A stretch of DNA of 62,803 bases, filler included, from Atractiella rhizophila (Eukaryota): NCBI GenBank assembly GCA_021432655.1. It is 8 parts of 8 records of this genome, joined end to end, with 100 filler letters (N's around TTAATTAATTAA, not from the genome) between each part and the next. Parts side by side here need not be neighbours in the genome. Positions count along the whole stretch, not along the records: positions 22,471 to 31,084 come from MU272144.1; positions 31,185 to 36,886 come from MU272145.1; positions 36,987 to 45,534 come from MU272146.1; 5 more parts are not named here. One strand, given 5' to 3'. Under the pieces are notes generated by a model that was given only the letters and a program-made list of their open reading frames with translations, was not told the DNA's origin and made no database searches. This document shows, piece by piece, positions 26,848 through 40,357 of this stretch (positions are counted from its first letter, which is position 1; each line of letters opens with the position of its first letter). The position numbers and the translations under genes are program-made.

Positions 26848-29528
26848 TTTGACGTAGTAGTGTGTTAAGAAAAGAGAGACGAAAGAAAAAATGGAAACAG
26901 ATGAGAAAAGAGCAAAGAACGAGGGGATTATGCTCTTTTATGCACATTCGGGCGATGATTCTTTACCACCCTTCGGCTTCAGAGAAGCTCAGGAGCGTGT
27001 GAAGGGTTCTGACACGCGTTTGAAAGGCACGGGAACAAGCTTCGTTCTTATCTGATCGCGCCCGGTACAAATCTCGACGATGTCCTGTGCTGTCCAGTCC
27101 AGCTCTTCCCATCATTTCGGGAGCTTGCTTCGGTGCATCTCAAGATGGGCTTTCATGCACAGGCGAGTGAGACGCTTCAAATCCCTCATCACTGGCACAT
27201 CACTGGGACAGGAAAACCTCCCCATTCCACGATGCGATAAGAAGCGGACTGTTTCTGCTACACTTTGGACCGACGGGCTCCTGTAAGGACTACGAGGACA
27301 ACGCCACGCCAACTCCGCGAGCGTCCTGTGCATGTGTAACGTTTACCAGAACATGGAAAATTGCTTGCTTACATACAGGACCACGGAAAAGGAGCCCAAG
27401 TTGCGCACGCACCCGGTCAGCCTGAGCAAGACATCCGATATATAATAAACCAGACGAGCTTAGCAGGGTTGACATTCCCTGTAAGTTGAAGAACAGGCTC
27501 TGAATGCCACACGTGCAACATTTTGAAGTGTTCCCATCCCACTCTCTAAATGCCACAAACCCCAACCGAAACCGCAAAACCGGAGAATGAACACTACCGA
27601 ACGAAGTTGGAGGGACACGTTTTCTTGTGGTGGGATCGGGAATTATGGGAGAGGCAGAGATGAGAGGGCAACAGGCGGGAGGCACTTCAGGTGAGAGGTC
27701 AAGGGTTCAGTTCTCTCAAACTCTGAGCATCGGGGATTGGAGGAGTGTCTTTTGATGCAATGGCCAGCTGAGAGTAACGCCAACATCCCTCGTCATGAGG
27801 CTGAAAATTGTGTGAGAAATCAAGTCATTTATTCCCTTCCTGGCACGAAGGAGCAGGAGTCCTCTTGTCCACAGTACAGGTCTCCTTCTGTATTGAAGTG
27901 ATAGATTGGAAAGGCTGTCACACTCTTAGTCTGAACGGTTTACGCATTCCCCTCGTTTGCACCGTACACCCGTTGTTTGTGCTACATAAAATACCAAAAA
28001 TTTCCACTACAATCAAGTTTAGAGCAATTAAGGCCCAGCTCTTCATCATCGCTGCATCATTGTGGTAAACGCGGTCACGAGATCTGGAGTAATTGAATCC
28101 TCAAATTGTTCCTGCTCGCAGCTTGTTCTGTCCCAAAGTCACCTCTAAGACGAACCAACGATTTCCAATGTATTGTAGAATGAAAATGGCGTCATACTAG
28201 TTCAGGATAGCAAGGAACACCTCTATTCTTGCTTCTCTTTGAAGGTTTCGTTGAAATGTTGCAGCAAAAGTAGCAAACAAACTTCGTTGTCCTCCATTAA
28301 GGAGGATATTAATGCGGTAGATGAACTGCTAAGGATTTCTGCTAGTGGAATGAATGACCAAGACAAGTTAATCTACAAGAGTATGTATCATATGAAGCCT
28401 CCTGATATAGCGTTACAAGAAACCCTCGCCAAATGTCTCATTTCGCGTTGACAGAGAACACTTACCCTGGACGAGCGATGGCGGCAAGTTTGACTTGTTG
28501 TCCACCTAATTATCTCCTCCAAAACACAACTCCTGCTACATAAGTCTCCTTACTCGCCATTTGTCATCGTTCGTAACAATCTAACAGCCTACAATCAAAC
28601 AAGCACGACCAGAAACACAAGGTGTGACTCACGTTCTGAGATCACAGATAAACAACGACCTCTTCGGGCGGTATCAAGCCACTTTATCATTTCCCTCCTT
28701 GTATCATCGAGGAGAGCTGCTAGGATACTCTCGTACATATCGAGAGCGATTCTATCCGCTTTCCTCTTTTTGTTCTTCGCTCTGAGGGCGCGAATTCATA
28801 CCAAGCCCATTTTGATCAAAATCCGACCAAAACCTTCGTAAGCCGCGTTTTCTCTCTCAAATCTTCCGTTACAGAGTTAAAGTATCAATTCGTGCGCTTT
28901 TGCTGATCAAATCAGTGCCTGTCAGTCCTCCTGGACAAGTCCCCACTATTGAGAGAACAAGGGGAGCATGACTCACAGTTGAAATCCTATTTCGACAGTT
29001 TCTTTCACCAAAGAGCTCTTCGAATCTTCTTTCGTTGCGTTTCATCATTGGATACTTTAAATACAGATTTAGAGATGGGTTGGAAGGCAATTCCCTTGTT
29101 TCTCAAACATCGTAAAGACTGCCTAGTTCTGCTCGTCATTTCTCCTAAATTTTCTTGACATAAAGCCACAATAGGCACCAGTAGGATTCCAAAATTTCTT
29201 TATTGTATTAGTAGTATCTTTAAAGGTTTTCCGAAGTCACCAAGTAATTTCGTGCTTTCAAAAGAGAGAAAAAGGTGGAATGCGAATCAAATGCGCAGCG
29301 CCAGATGAAATAAACTTGCCTTTTATCAGTCCCGTTCCTAAATATTTCATTAAACGACCTGTTGAAGAATCAAGGTAAACATGGAACGTCTTCATCAGGA
29401 TGTCGATATTTTTTGTCATTCTTCAATTTTTGATCCCTATTCCTCTTCACAATTCCAATTCAGAATTTCAAAGCTGATGGGCTATATATTGGATACAGTC
29501 CATCTCCAATACCTCATAAACGATAAGG

Positions 29529-31084
29529 ATGATGTCTGAACGATCAATCAAACGCCAAAGGGGGAACAAATCAACAGCCATAGAACGACCCTACGAGCTT
29601 TTGAGCGAGAGCAAAGGTAAGCCGTCCCCTTTTAGTTTCCTAACCTGATTCTTTGCTGGAGGTTACCCCATACAAGATGCCCTTAGCCCGATCCCAGATT
29701 ACGATCGCATTATGGTTCCCGTATATGAGTCCATTCCGGTAGTCGAAGGCACTTTCCCAAAGGGACGAGTGTTCGCTGTTATCGATGACGAAGGATTGCC
29801 ACATTTGTTTGAAGAGACGATGGAGATTGTGGGATTTCGGAAGTACAATTATCGGAAGAGAAAACGATCTGGTACGAGCGATATTTCGCTGATGGCAGAA
29901 TTAAACGGTTTAACTCCGCAACAGTTAGCCTTCTCTCGCGTCTTTTACTCCTGCTAAACTGCTTTCTGCATAGATCTGGGATATCCACGGCAAGACAGAT
30001 TACTGATGGAGTCGTGGATGACACTCCTAGACCGAACTCTCGATCTGACAGGAGACACAGAAACACGCTATTTGGCAATGGAATCCAAGGACCCCAGCTC
30101 CGTGTCCCCCTATCGACTTGCAGTCATCCGCAGTTCCTATCTAGTCCCACGAGAGCTGTGAACCCCTTTATGGCTTCTGTGGAAACTTCTCGCCGTCCAG
30201 CCACTCTAGAACAACCAGACTTCAGGTCCAGTCCTCCTCCGAAGGTTTTCTCCTTTCCTGCCCTTTCGACTAGTAAAAACTCACAATCCCTACCTGCAAA
30301 GAAGGTAGCGAACAGAACCGGCGCGGTCTATAAACCAACCCTTATTGCGCGGGAAGCGTTTTCGAATAACAACTGGTCACCTTCAGGAAGGGAAGGTCTC
30401 AAAACGGGTGCTCGAGCTCATGAAGGAGGCGAGGAGGACGTGTTTGGGCCCGTCCTGAGGCTTGATCAAGATGAAGAAGTCGCTGAGGAAGAAGAGACTG
30501 TTTTTGTCGTCGATGATGAGGAAGAAGAGGACTTTGGACTTGCGGGAAAGGACGCTGTCGTTGTGACTCCGGAAGAGGAGGTTATTGGTGAGCCTCAGGG
30601 CCAAGGGCTACCTGTTGGATCTACAACTAAGCGTCGTTCACTGGACAACCATGTCGTATCCTCCACCTCTAGGGACGAGATCTACGAAGTCCAAGATTCT
30701 CCAGTTCAATCCTCAGCGACGTCAGTTTTAGAAGGTGTTCACGCTTCTCCCAACGGAAATTCAACGGCAGCAACGAGAATATCTACAGTGACGGCCCAGA
30801 CCGAGAAGGGAGTCGAATCCCCTTCAAGGTGTGTGAACAACAAGGAGAAAACGCCGCCGTCGACAATCAAGACTCTAACCTACGGAGAAGGGTTCATCTA
30901 TCCTGAGGATGCCGTCGAACAACTTTCAAACCGAAAGCGACCGGTTACAACGTTGGCATGCGGAAAGAGGACATCTCGGGAGGAATGGACTATTCCACAG
31001 GATCATTCGCCTTCACATGCGCACAATCATCAGAACACTCCTCCTACAGCCGTGGGAGACGAAGATCCCGACACTGAAGATGAG
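29529..31084 (+). CDS. Hypothetical protein, largely low-complexity/acidic, 3'-truncated
   Basis: A ~350-codon open exon (~29974-31084) with upstream short exons and plausible introns. Start uncertain; no domain recognised. Confidence 0.5.
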
Positions 31085-31184
31085 NNNNNNNNNNNNNNNN
31101 NNNNNNNNNNNNNNNNNNNNNNNNNNNNTTAATTAATTAANNNNNNNNNNNNNNNNNNNNNNNNNNNNNNNNNNNNNNNNNNNN
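31085..31184. other. Artificial scaffold linker
   Basis: N44-TTAATTAATTAA-N44. Confidence 0.97.
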
Positions 31185-31388
31185 CAGAGAAGGCAGTATG
31201 CAGCTGCTGTCCATTTTTGAGAGCAAAAGAAAAGCTCCCAGACCTTTGGTCTTCGCAGCGCAAAGGAAGACGAACCTATTACTATAATGCCTCCGTAAAG
31301 CACTCTAATATATCCCCTTAATGCCTGTTAGACCCAATAATCTTTGGCGTTGCTTTATCCCTGGCTCCTCTTCTTGTAGTTCTGTTTG

Positions 31389-33318
31389 ATGACTCATAGT
31401 TTCTCCAAAAAAGTTACCAGCAACAATGTCCAAGGTCCCTCTACGTTTCTCTGCTGCACCAGTGCAGGAACCAAAGCACAAACTTCCATCTTCTCCAAAT
31501 CGCCACTCCAAGCCGGCGCACCTTTCGCACGCCTGCCGACCTCAGCGTCAACGACACCAACAGCGAGCTCAACGTCTACCTCGCAGGTCGACGAGAAAGG
31601 GACGAGTGAGAGCGGGAAGCAGAGGAAGGAGTGGCCGGAATGGACCAAGCAGGGAGCGTTGGAACCGTTGTGGGGAGATGGGAAGGAAGAAGGACTTGAA
31701 GGACCTTAGGGAGGGGTTTCGGAGGAGGCTGAAGGAGGTGACAACTGGTCAGTCAGCTGATATTTGGTTGGTGATGGATGCACGATTTTACGAAGAGGAT
31801 ATTGCTCTCTTGTTTCACGCGAAGCGACGTGGACTCTTGTCAAGAGCAAAGAGGAACTTTATATCCATAGTCAGCCTCATGCGACGTATATGCTTCATGC
31901 TCTCTCTCTCAATACCAAGGCGTCACCAACATGAAGTTCTGTCCGTTACACCTTTCGCATTCGCATGCGATCCTTTGCTCTGGCATTTGTGTGCAAATTT
32001 ATAGTTCTAGACAACATGCGTTTTATTTGTGCTTTGCAAAGTGCAGAGTACACATATATTTATTCAGCGTAGTGGACTTTGAAAGAATTTTTCAGGGGCT
32101 AAAAGATGTCAAACCCTGCGCTTTGGCAGCAGAGAGAAAGTGTCAACTTTTGTATCAAGACGTCTCCTACTGCTGCATGGCCTAGTGAAGCACCTCCCAA
32201 GAAGGCTTTATGCCTACACTAAGACTGAGTAGCGTAGTCGCGGCAATCCAAAATTATTGTGGATTTAATTCAATCTACTTGCACCACAATGTTGAGACGC
32301 TTTCTTTGGTTAAAACATTCACGCCTTTTTGTTCTCCATGTCAAACTGAAATTATCACTAACGTCTCTCTGGTGGACCAACAGGCACACCACACGCGAAC
32401 AAAGACATCTTCAACACCATCCTCTCCTCCACTTCCACTGAGCCTTCCCTCCGCTCGCCTCAAGCCCTGCACTACGCGTCTCTCCTTCTAAACAACTCAT
32501 ACATGCTGTCCTCGCTTGTCTGTCCCTCAAGTCCCCCTTCTCTTCGTCCTAACTATACTAACCGATATTCCAGTCTTCAACCCCAACCCCATTTCCCTCC
32601 CGCTCCGACAATCCCACACCGCTCGCAAATTGCATCTACGATTCCTTTCGTACATATGAAGGTTTAAAGACCTACTTTTCCTCCGCCGCGATGGGCGTAG
32701 AGGGAGAAGGCTTCCTCTGGCTAGTACTCCAGGAGTCGAAGGAGAAATCTCTGAATGCGGAGAAGAGCATCAACGCCGGTGTAGTCCTCACAGCTGGAAC
32801 GGGGACGATGCTTGTTCAGGGAGGTGAGAAGAGGGGAGCGTGGAATGGCGTTTGGGGAGTTGAGGACGCGAAAAACCTTCCTCCGTTGAATGTGCGCCAT
32901 CTCATTCACCTTTCTCGTTGATGAGTTAAGTGAAGAGACTGATGATTTCCTTCTTGGTTGATCTTGACGTGTACAGAAGTCAAGGTCGTCCTCTCCACTG
33001 GTATGTTCACTCCAAAACTTTGAAAACACGACTGTGAACTAATCCGTGCGGGCACAGGATCGTGTTGGGCGGTTCACCGTGAGCTCGCAGGAACCATGGA
33101 CGGCCATCCACCCTCTGTTCTGTCTTTCGCTATACGAACATTGCTGGCTGAAAGACTATGGAATTTTGGGAAAGAAAGAGTATGTGGAGAACTTTTGGAA
33201 GGTTTTGGATTGGGATAAGCTCGAGGAGAGATTCGAGAGGATCTTAGAAGCGGAGAGGGAGAAGACCGAGCAGAAGAGAGCGGCGAGGAGGGAGAGAAGC
33301 TTGTTTTCGAGGGCGTAG
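31389..33318 (+). CDS. Fe/Mn-SOD-fold mitochondrial small ribosomal subunit protein (mS42/mS43, Rsm26/Mrp1-like); apparent frameshift in exon 1
   Basis: GTPHANKDIFNTI..ALHYASLLLNNSYML, LKTYFSSAAMGVEGEGFLWLV, GTGTMLV and HPLFCLSLYEHCWLKDYGILGKKEYVENFWKVLDW. The SOD DxWEH ligand Asp is absent, as in the non-catalytic ribosomal homologues. Start uncertain (31389 or 31426). Confidence 0.75.
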
Positions 33319-33890
33319 AGGCGCGTGTTAGGCGATATTTGGGTATGCAGTAGTTTACTCAAAAGTACATTATATCCAGATCATTCGCATTTCGCATTCC
33401 GCTGCACTATGGATGAGAAGTGGAACGACATGAGGATTACTGTAGAGGAGCATCGAATTTCAGAGCGAATTTCAACACTACTTCAAGACCTGTGAGTCAC
33501 CATGAAGAGAACATTGTCAAAAGTTTCATAAAATGTGATGTGGACAAACGGACACGCGCGTAACAAAAGATGCCATTGACCATCACTGCTTCCCGCTCTT
33601 GTCTTCGATGCTTGGTGCCGTACGTCCAAGATTCTTCATATTCGGTCAAACTCTTTAAGTCCTTTTGAAGAGATGGTGATCACTTCCCGCAATGCAGCCT
33701 GTCCGTCAGGAGTCTCGAGGTCGTTATGGGTTTCTTCAAGGGGATCATCGTTTGTGTGGGCACAATCACCTTTAACGTTGTCATTACTAAACTGGTGATA
33801 CTACATGCTGTGAGTATAACAGCTGCACGACATGGAACATTCGCGATATCTTCGAGGAGTACCCTTGTTTCCATCCTCAATTCCTCTATC

Positions 33891-34530
33891 TTAATTAGAA
33901 TGTAACCTCAACAGGCTCGTTCCTCCGGGGGCGATATCGAAGGTGGACGACTCTTGGCTATGCACTTGCAGTCGTGGAAGACTAATCTTCTTTGGTCGTT
34001 GAGCACGGGTCCTCTTCTTTCGCGGTTCCTCGATCCAACTGGCATCTTGACGAAGGAGGTTTTTCTGAATGACGTTATACGCAAGGATGCAGCCTTCTCT
34101 CGTCGTCGGATCCTGTGGCACATGAAAGCAGTAGACGTCTTTCTCATCCACCAATTTTTCCGTGACAACACGCTGGCAGTCTTGTGCCATCCGAGCAGAC
34201 AGAAGTCCAGCGGGCTCTGGGACCCTTTGATCTTTCAGCCAAGCACGCAATGGTTTACTCTACCAAGAAAATCAACCCAGGCACGTGATTGTACGAGTTT
34301 CCAGTCCACTTACCCAAAGATGGCTTCCATTCAACGCGCTCACGGCATATTCAGCATCCGTGGCACGAACAAATGTGACCACACATGTTTGGAGCGGCTG
34401 CACTGTGCGCTCCCAATACTGATCGTAGATTTCGAATGTACGTCGCAAGGCGATTTCGAAGTCTCCTTTCGCCGTCATGGGAATGTTTTCGAACACGGCT
34501 ACCGTGCTGCTCCAAATTCGTCAGAGCCTG
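33891..34530 (-). CDS. Possible RRM-like domain gene fragment
   Basis: TCVVTFVRATDAEYAVSALNGSHLW resembles RRM beta3-alpha2 and is followed by a GTAAGT donor. Full gene structure not resolved. Confidence 0.35.
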
Positions 34531-36886
34531 CATGAAAGGGTCCGAAAGGCTCACCCAGGCATGTCAGTTCTATGGGGTCTCAACTGTACCATCTCAAAAT
34601 TGATTCTGCGGCGTCTGCTCTTGAGACAGCTTCTAAATAGATACTTTCCCGTCAGTTCTTCTTCTGCTTCGATGAGAAGAAAGGGACAGACCTTAAGGAG
34701 CAGTAATAAATCCGCCGCTTGGTGGTTTGTGAAATAAATGTCGTTGTTCCTTCAAGGGAGGTGTGCTATCCGCCCGGAAAATTCTACTACTGAGGACCTC
34801 TTCAGACAAACCGCTTTCCCTTTCCCTCCCCTTTCCTCAGAATCCAAAAGGATCACTAGTCCCGCTCTATGATGTTCCTCCTATTCTCTCACCTCTTTGG
34901 CTGTAGGGAAAGACGCCGTGGTATGATCCTCTTCGACAGCTGTCCAACAACCCTGTCCCCCCGATCCTCTTCATTACTGAAAATGCTGGCTTAAAATACT
35001 TCAGAATAGCTCAAGAGAATGCCTCAGAGCAATTGACAAGCGATGTGAGTACCCAAAATGTGTCAAGGTCCAAAGAGGGAGGGAGAGGTACATACATGCT
35101 GATCGATCGATCGGTTTCGGTGGGTGGAAAAGGATCACTATACGTCTCTTCTTTTGACAACTGCTACCTTTCATTATAAGTCGAGAGACAGTAAGGCACT
35201 TTCAGTTGCCAGTACGGAATTGTGATTATTTGGGCGATCCACGATGTCACTTGTTCTGGCTTCCTTTCTTTCAGCCCAAGGGAGCAATGTGGTTTATAAT
35301 TGAATTCCGTTTTGACACGCTTCTTCCCGAACGCAACAAAGTACGGAATCGTTTGTCACTGAAATCGAAAGGCCTCCTTTGTTGTCATCGTTTGGGGCAT
35401 TCTAATGGCGCTGACAAAACCTTAGGTATTACACAATAGAATGTGTCCTTTTTTAACCAACATCCCTTCGATAATGAAGGGAGGATCGGACGAAAATTCA
35501 GGACGCGTCAAGCAGCAAAGTTATTGCTGCGAGGACCTTTTAAAACAGAGTTTTTCACACTGAATAAACCGTTTCGCTCTAGTGTAGAAGGAACAACCAG
35601 ATTCATCCACTATCCCTTGATGGTTCCATTGTTTCTTCATCCAGTTTTGTTGGAAGAAACAGTTGAATCTGGCCGACGTGACGGCTTACACCACTTAGTT
35701 TCATGCAGGAGGGCACGCAAAATCGATCGTCATCCTTTTATTAGACTTCTTCGAAATGGAAAGCGCGTTCGGGGCAGTTGTATTCATCTTTCCCTGAACG
35801 AGGGATAAGACAACCACAGGAGGATCGACTGCTCAACGGCACTCTCTTTCGGGTTCGAAGGTTGATTTTCAATGCTTTGAGATCCCATTTACTCTTCTTT
35901 GGTCACGAGCTTATATGGAGATTGTCCATGACCGGGAAATAAGCCATATGGAACTGACACAATTATGAATCACCCCCTCTATCCCGTACTATCTGTCGAT
36001 GGCAGTTTTGAGTAGATTGAGGATAAGCCTCAAAGAAGGGCGTCCGCTACTGCTTTCCATCAACGACTGATGACTACTGTCCAAAGGACTCCAATGCGCT
36101 CTTCGACACTTTCTTCCTCATCCATGAATCGCCGTGCGTTATAGCGATGGAAAATCGCGAAAGAACGACTTGTATGATAGCATTGATCAACAACGTCTAG
36201 CACGCCACAGCACCACATCCTCCCACTTTCACAAACTCACCAGCAAAAGGATCGGACACCCCCATCCTCCTTCCCTCTCCCATTCCTCCACCGTTCTTTA
36301 AGCAGTGCTAAGCTCAATACTGACTCCCATCACTACTCCAACTCGCCCTTCCCTCCATTCCCAATCCCGACACCAAATCCTCGACCGATCTCAAAGTAGG
36401 GAGGCGCTGACACACGACCTGAGAGCCCACCGACCTCCTGGGGGGACGGATCTGAACCCTTACATTAGAACAGGAAAGGGGAAGAAAGAGGGAGAAGACG
36501 CACGTCTGGAAGATAGACGCTTTCCACGCTCTGTGGGTTCCTGGGGAGCGTGAACTTGGGCTTGCGGGTGAGAGGGCCGTTAGGGACGAGATTGAGGGAG
36601 CTTGGGGGACCGCGTCGCATGCTGGCAAGGCAACGAAACTCAGTTCTACTTCTTAGACTATAGCGCAGGCTGCTTACTTGGAGGATATTGAAGGAATGTA
36701 TAACTCAGTTATATCGATATGGAAGGAGTGAGATTGGGCCGTCAAGGTCCACGCCTGCGTCGTCGTTTTTCAACCCAACCATAATTGACTCGGTCTGCGG
36801 GAAGCAGCTGGCAAGCAGCAGCAAGCAACCAACATCCAACAAGTTCGATCATACTTATGCGGATGAGAGGGCGTTGAGGTACCAAT

Positions 36887-36986
36887 NNNNNNNNNNNNNN
36901 NNNNNNNNNNNNNNNNNNNNNNNNNNNNNNTTAATTAATTAANNNNNNNNNNNNNNNNNNNNNNNNNNNNNNNNNNNNNNNNNNNN
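36887..36986. other. Artificial scaffold linker
   Basis: N44-TTAATTAATTAA-N44. Confidence 0.97.
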
Positions 36987-39900
36987 CTTCACTTGAATTT
37001 CCATCCGCATCCGTAAATCCCATAACTTCGCTAATTCCTCCTCCTTCTCCTCCATAAGTGAGTGCAAAGTCTTTTGTCGTCTCGAGGTATTGAAAAACAC
37101 GTTTGACTGCTGTCCAGTGCGATGGATTTGGGTTTGAGGAGAATTGAGAGAGGGTTTGAACTGCAAATGCAATGTCGGGTCGTGTGGCAAGCGCAGCGTA
37201 CATGAGTGAGCCAATCGCCGCTTGATACAGCTTCTGGGCTTCGACATTGACTTCTTCTTCGTTGGGGAGTATCTTGGCGTTGATATCAAGCGGAGTGGGT
37301 ACCGGTTTGGCGTTTTGCAAACGGTACTTCGCAAGCATCAATTCAATGTAGCTTGCCTGCGATAAGGCGATGGTTCCATTGGTTCGTATAATTTGTATTC
37401 CAAGAAGTAGATTTCCTTCTCCTTGGTCTGTCGCATCAAAGACTTGCTGAATTGTCTTTTTGACTTCTGCAATCTCATCATCATCATCGCCGATAATGAC
37501 AATGTCATCCACCCAAACTAGGAGGACAATTATTTGGTTTTCTTGTCTTCTAACATAGACACAGTGGTCTGCGTTCGCTCTCGTGAATCCAAGCTCCGTC
37601 AGAGCTTTGTTAAGTCGTATATTCCATATTCTTCCGGCTTGCTTGAGCCCGTAAAGTCCTTTCACAAGCTTCAGGACCCTTCCTGAGCCGTCATCGAATC
37701 AGGGAGGCTGTTTCATGTACAGCTCGAGCTCTTCCTCCAACTCTCCATTAAGATAAGCTCCGATGACATCCATAAGATGTATTTTCCATCCCCTAATTGC
37801 TGCGAGTGTGATAATAGCTCGCAAGGATTCTAACCGAGCCACGGGGGCAAAGGTCTGGTTGAAATCCTGCCCTGGGATCTGACTGAATCCCTGTGCTACT
37901 AGCCTCGCTTTATAGCGCTTCACTCTCCCCTTTTCATCTCTCTTGCGACGAAATACCCACTTAGATCCTATTGCTTTTCTTCCCTCCGGTAAGTCCACTA
38001 GATCTTTTCTCCAAGTTCCATAATTTTTCAACTGATTAATTTCATCTTCCATAGCAGCCTCCCACTGCTTATGGTCCTCCGATTGCTTTGCCTCGTCATA
38101 ACTGGCAGGGTCGTCGTTCAATGCGATCGAGGTTGCGAAAGCGAATGCGAAGTTGGCGGCATCGGTTGCCACTGTTTGCGCCTCGCTTGGTTGAGTTGGC
38201 GCTGTGGACAATGGAGACGTTGCTGGTTTGGCTCGAGGCTTTGGCCTCACTTTCCCGTAGTTCAAGGTATAGTAGTCTATTTCAGGTCTTGCTCTTTTTC
38301 CTAATCCTGATTCATAGGTTTCGCTTCTCGTTCTCGCTGCGTCCGCCGTTGGGATTTTGACTTGTGGGGATGGTTCTTGGGTTGAGAGTGCTGGAGGTGG
38401 ATCTGGGGCATTCGGGGAAGCTAGTATGTTGTCTCCTTGCGTTTCTGTGATCATTGGAATCGGTTCTGTCGGGATTTCAATCTCTTTTCCATTTGAGTCT
38501 TTAAAGACATAGTTGCGAGAGACAAGGACCTTTCCGTTTCGAGGATTGAAGTACTTTATTGCTTTGGGACCATCTTCATACCCAACAAAAACTACTTTGA
38601 TTGATTTCGGATCTAACTTTGATCTTTCTAGCCTTTCATCCAACACCCATACATCCACTCCAAACTCTTCAAGGTGCTCCACTTTCGGTTTTTCCGAGGT
38701 CCAGGCTTGGTGAGGAGTCTTCTCCTTGAGAGCTCGGGTGAGTGACCAGTTCCTAAGGTAAGCCGCATGTTTGACTGCTTCAGCCCACAGTTTTGGACTG
38801 AGATTCTTTGCGATTAGCATCGCGCGTGCGAGCTCGATCAACGTGCGGTTCATTCGTTCCGCAACGCCAAGTTGTTGGTGCGAGTGTGGTGCGGTGAGTT
38901 CTAGCTTAATTCCCTTTTCTCTTTCTAACCAGTCCTTGACTTTTTCGTTTAGGTATTCCGTTCCTCGATCGACGCGAATTCGTTTCGGAGTACGTTCGTA
39001 CTTGCGCTCGACGAGGTGGACATAGGCTTGAATGTGCGCGAGCACTTGATCCTTCGAGGACATGAAGAGGACGGTTGTGCGCCACGTGCAATCGTCCGTG
39101 AACGAGATGTAGTATCGGGATCCACCGTATGAGGGAACACGAGAAGGTCCCCATACATCTGAGTAAGTGAGTTCTCCCGGCGTCTCCGATCGTGTTGATG
39201 CTTCTTGTGGGTAGGCTCCGTGTGTCTGTTTCGCTTGGATGCAGGCTTCGCACTGTGAAGGTGAGCTGCTCTCATCCACTTCCATTCCTTCCACTAACCC
39301 TTTTCTATGCAGCTCCTCCAAAGTCTTCGGGTTGATGTGGCCGAAAGCGCGGTGCCACTCGTCCCACGTTCGCGTATGTCTCCCTTCCGCCGCCATCGCT
39401 TTCTCACCCCCTCTTTCAACTGTTTCCAGTAAGTATAAGTTTCCTTTCTTCCTTCCTCCTCCAAGCAGCTGATCATTCTTGTTGAACAGCTGCACCTTTC
39501 CTCCTCCGAAGACACTTTTGCCGCCGGCGTTGTCGAGTCGGCTGATGGAGAGGAGGTTGTTGGGGGCTGACAGTGCATACAAGGTTTCTTTGAGTGTCAT
39601 AACGGCTGTTTGATCGCCTGTTTGGACAGGTAGCTCATACGTTCCACGCATTGTTGCGTCGATGGGTGTTTTCGAGAGATCGTAGATCTTGAAATTGGAT
39701 AGAGGTACGCAGCTTTCTTTGATGAAACCCGTTAAGTCGTTACTGATATGCGACGTTGTTCCAGAATCGGCGAGCCACACGCTCTTGGAGAGTGTGCTAT
39801 CGAAATGCTCCTGCACGTTGAACGCGGAGTCAGCGAGTGCGTTGTTTACGTTCGACGTTTGCGCCGTTCCTTGGTACGCTTTTTCCTTTTTCTTCCATTG

Positions 39901-40357
39901 CTATTTCGCGGCCCTTGGCCTTCTTTTCCGCCTCCCTTTGCCCAGCATTCTGCTCTAACATGTCCCTTCTTGTGACAGTTAAAACATTCGATGTCGGATT
40001 TGTCTCCACCTCCTCCTCCTGCCTTCGGTTTCGACACCCTTTTTCCTTTCGCAAACAGCGCTGTCTCTAGCGCTCCCGATTTCTCCTTCCTCCGCCTCTC
40101 CTCTTCGATCAGCAATGCTGATAGTTCGTAGGAAGATAGGGTCGGTTGGTTGGAATTTGCACCAAAATAAGCGGAAGTGAATGTGTCCCAGGATTCGGGA
40201 AGTGATATGATAAGGAGGAAAGCGAAATCTTCGTCTTTCAAGGTGTCCCCCATCAAGGCAAGTTCTTCCTGAACTCCTCTGAATGCGGAGATGTGTTCCA
40301 CCATACTGAATCCTTCCTCGGCATACGAGCGATACAACCGTCTCCTCGCTGCCAGGA
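36987..40357 (-). mobile_element. Ty1/copia LTR retrotransposon gag-pol, defective and truncated at both ends
   Basis: Domain order: gag (LPESWDTF, CFNCHKKGHVRAEC), PR (WLADSGTTSH), IN (WHRAFGH..CEAC, DVWGP, DRGTEY, GVAERMNRTL), RT (KARLVAQGFSQ, GLYGLKQAGR.W, WVDD), RNase H start (GFTDAD). Frameshift near 39900 and in-frame TGA at 37699-37701. Confidence 0.96.

Noticed and set aside
26950..29450. Short ORFs on both strands
   Set aside because: Stops in all frames and no family signature.
31389..33318. Catalytic Fe/Mn superoxide dismutase
   Set aside because: The metal-ligand pattern is incomplete (SLYEH instead of DxWEH), fitting the ribosomal homologue.
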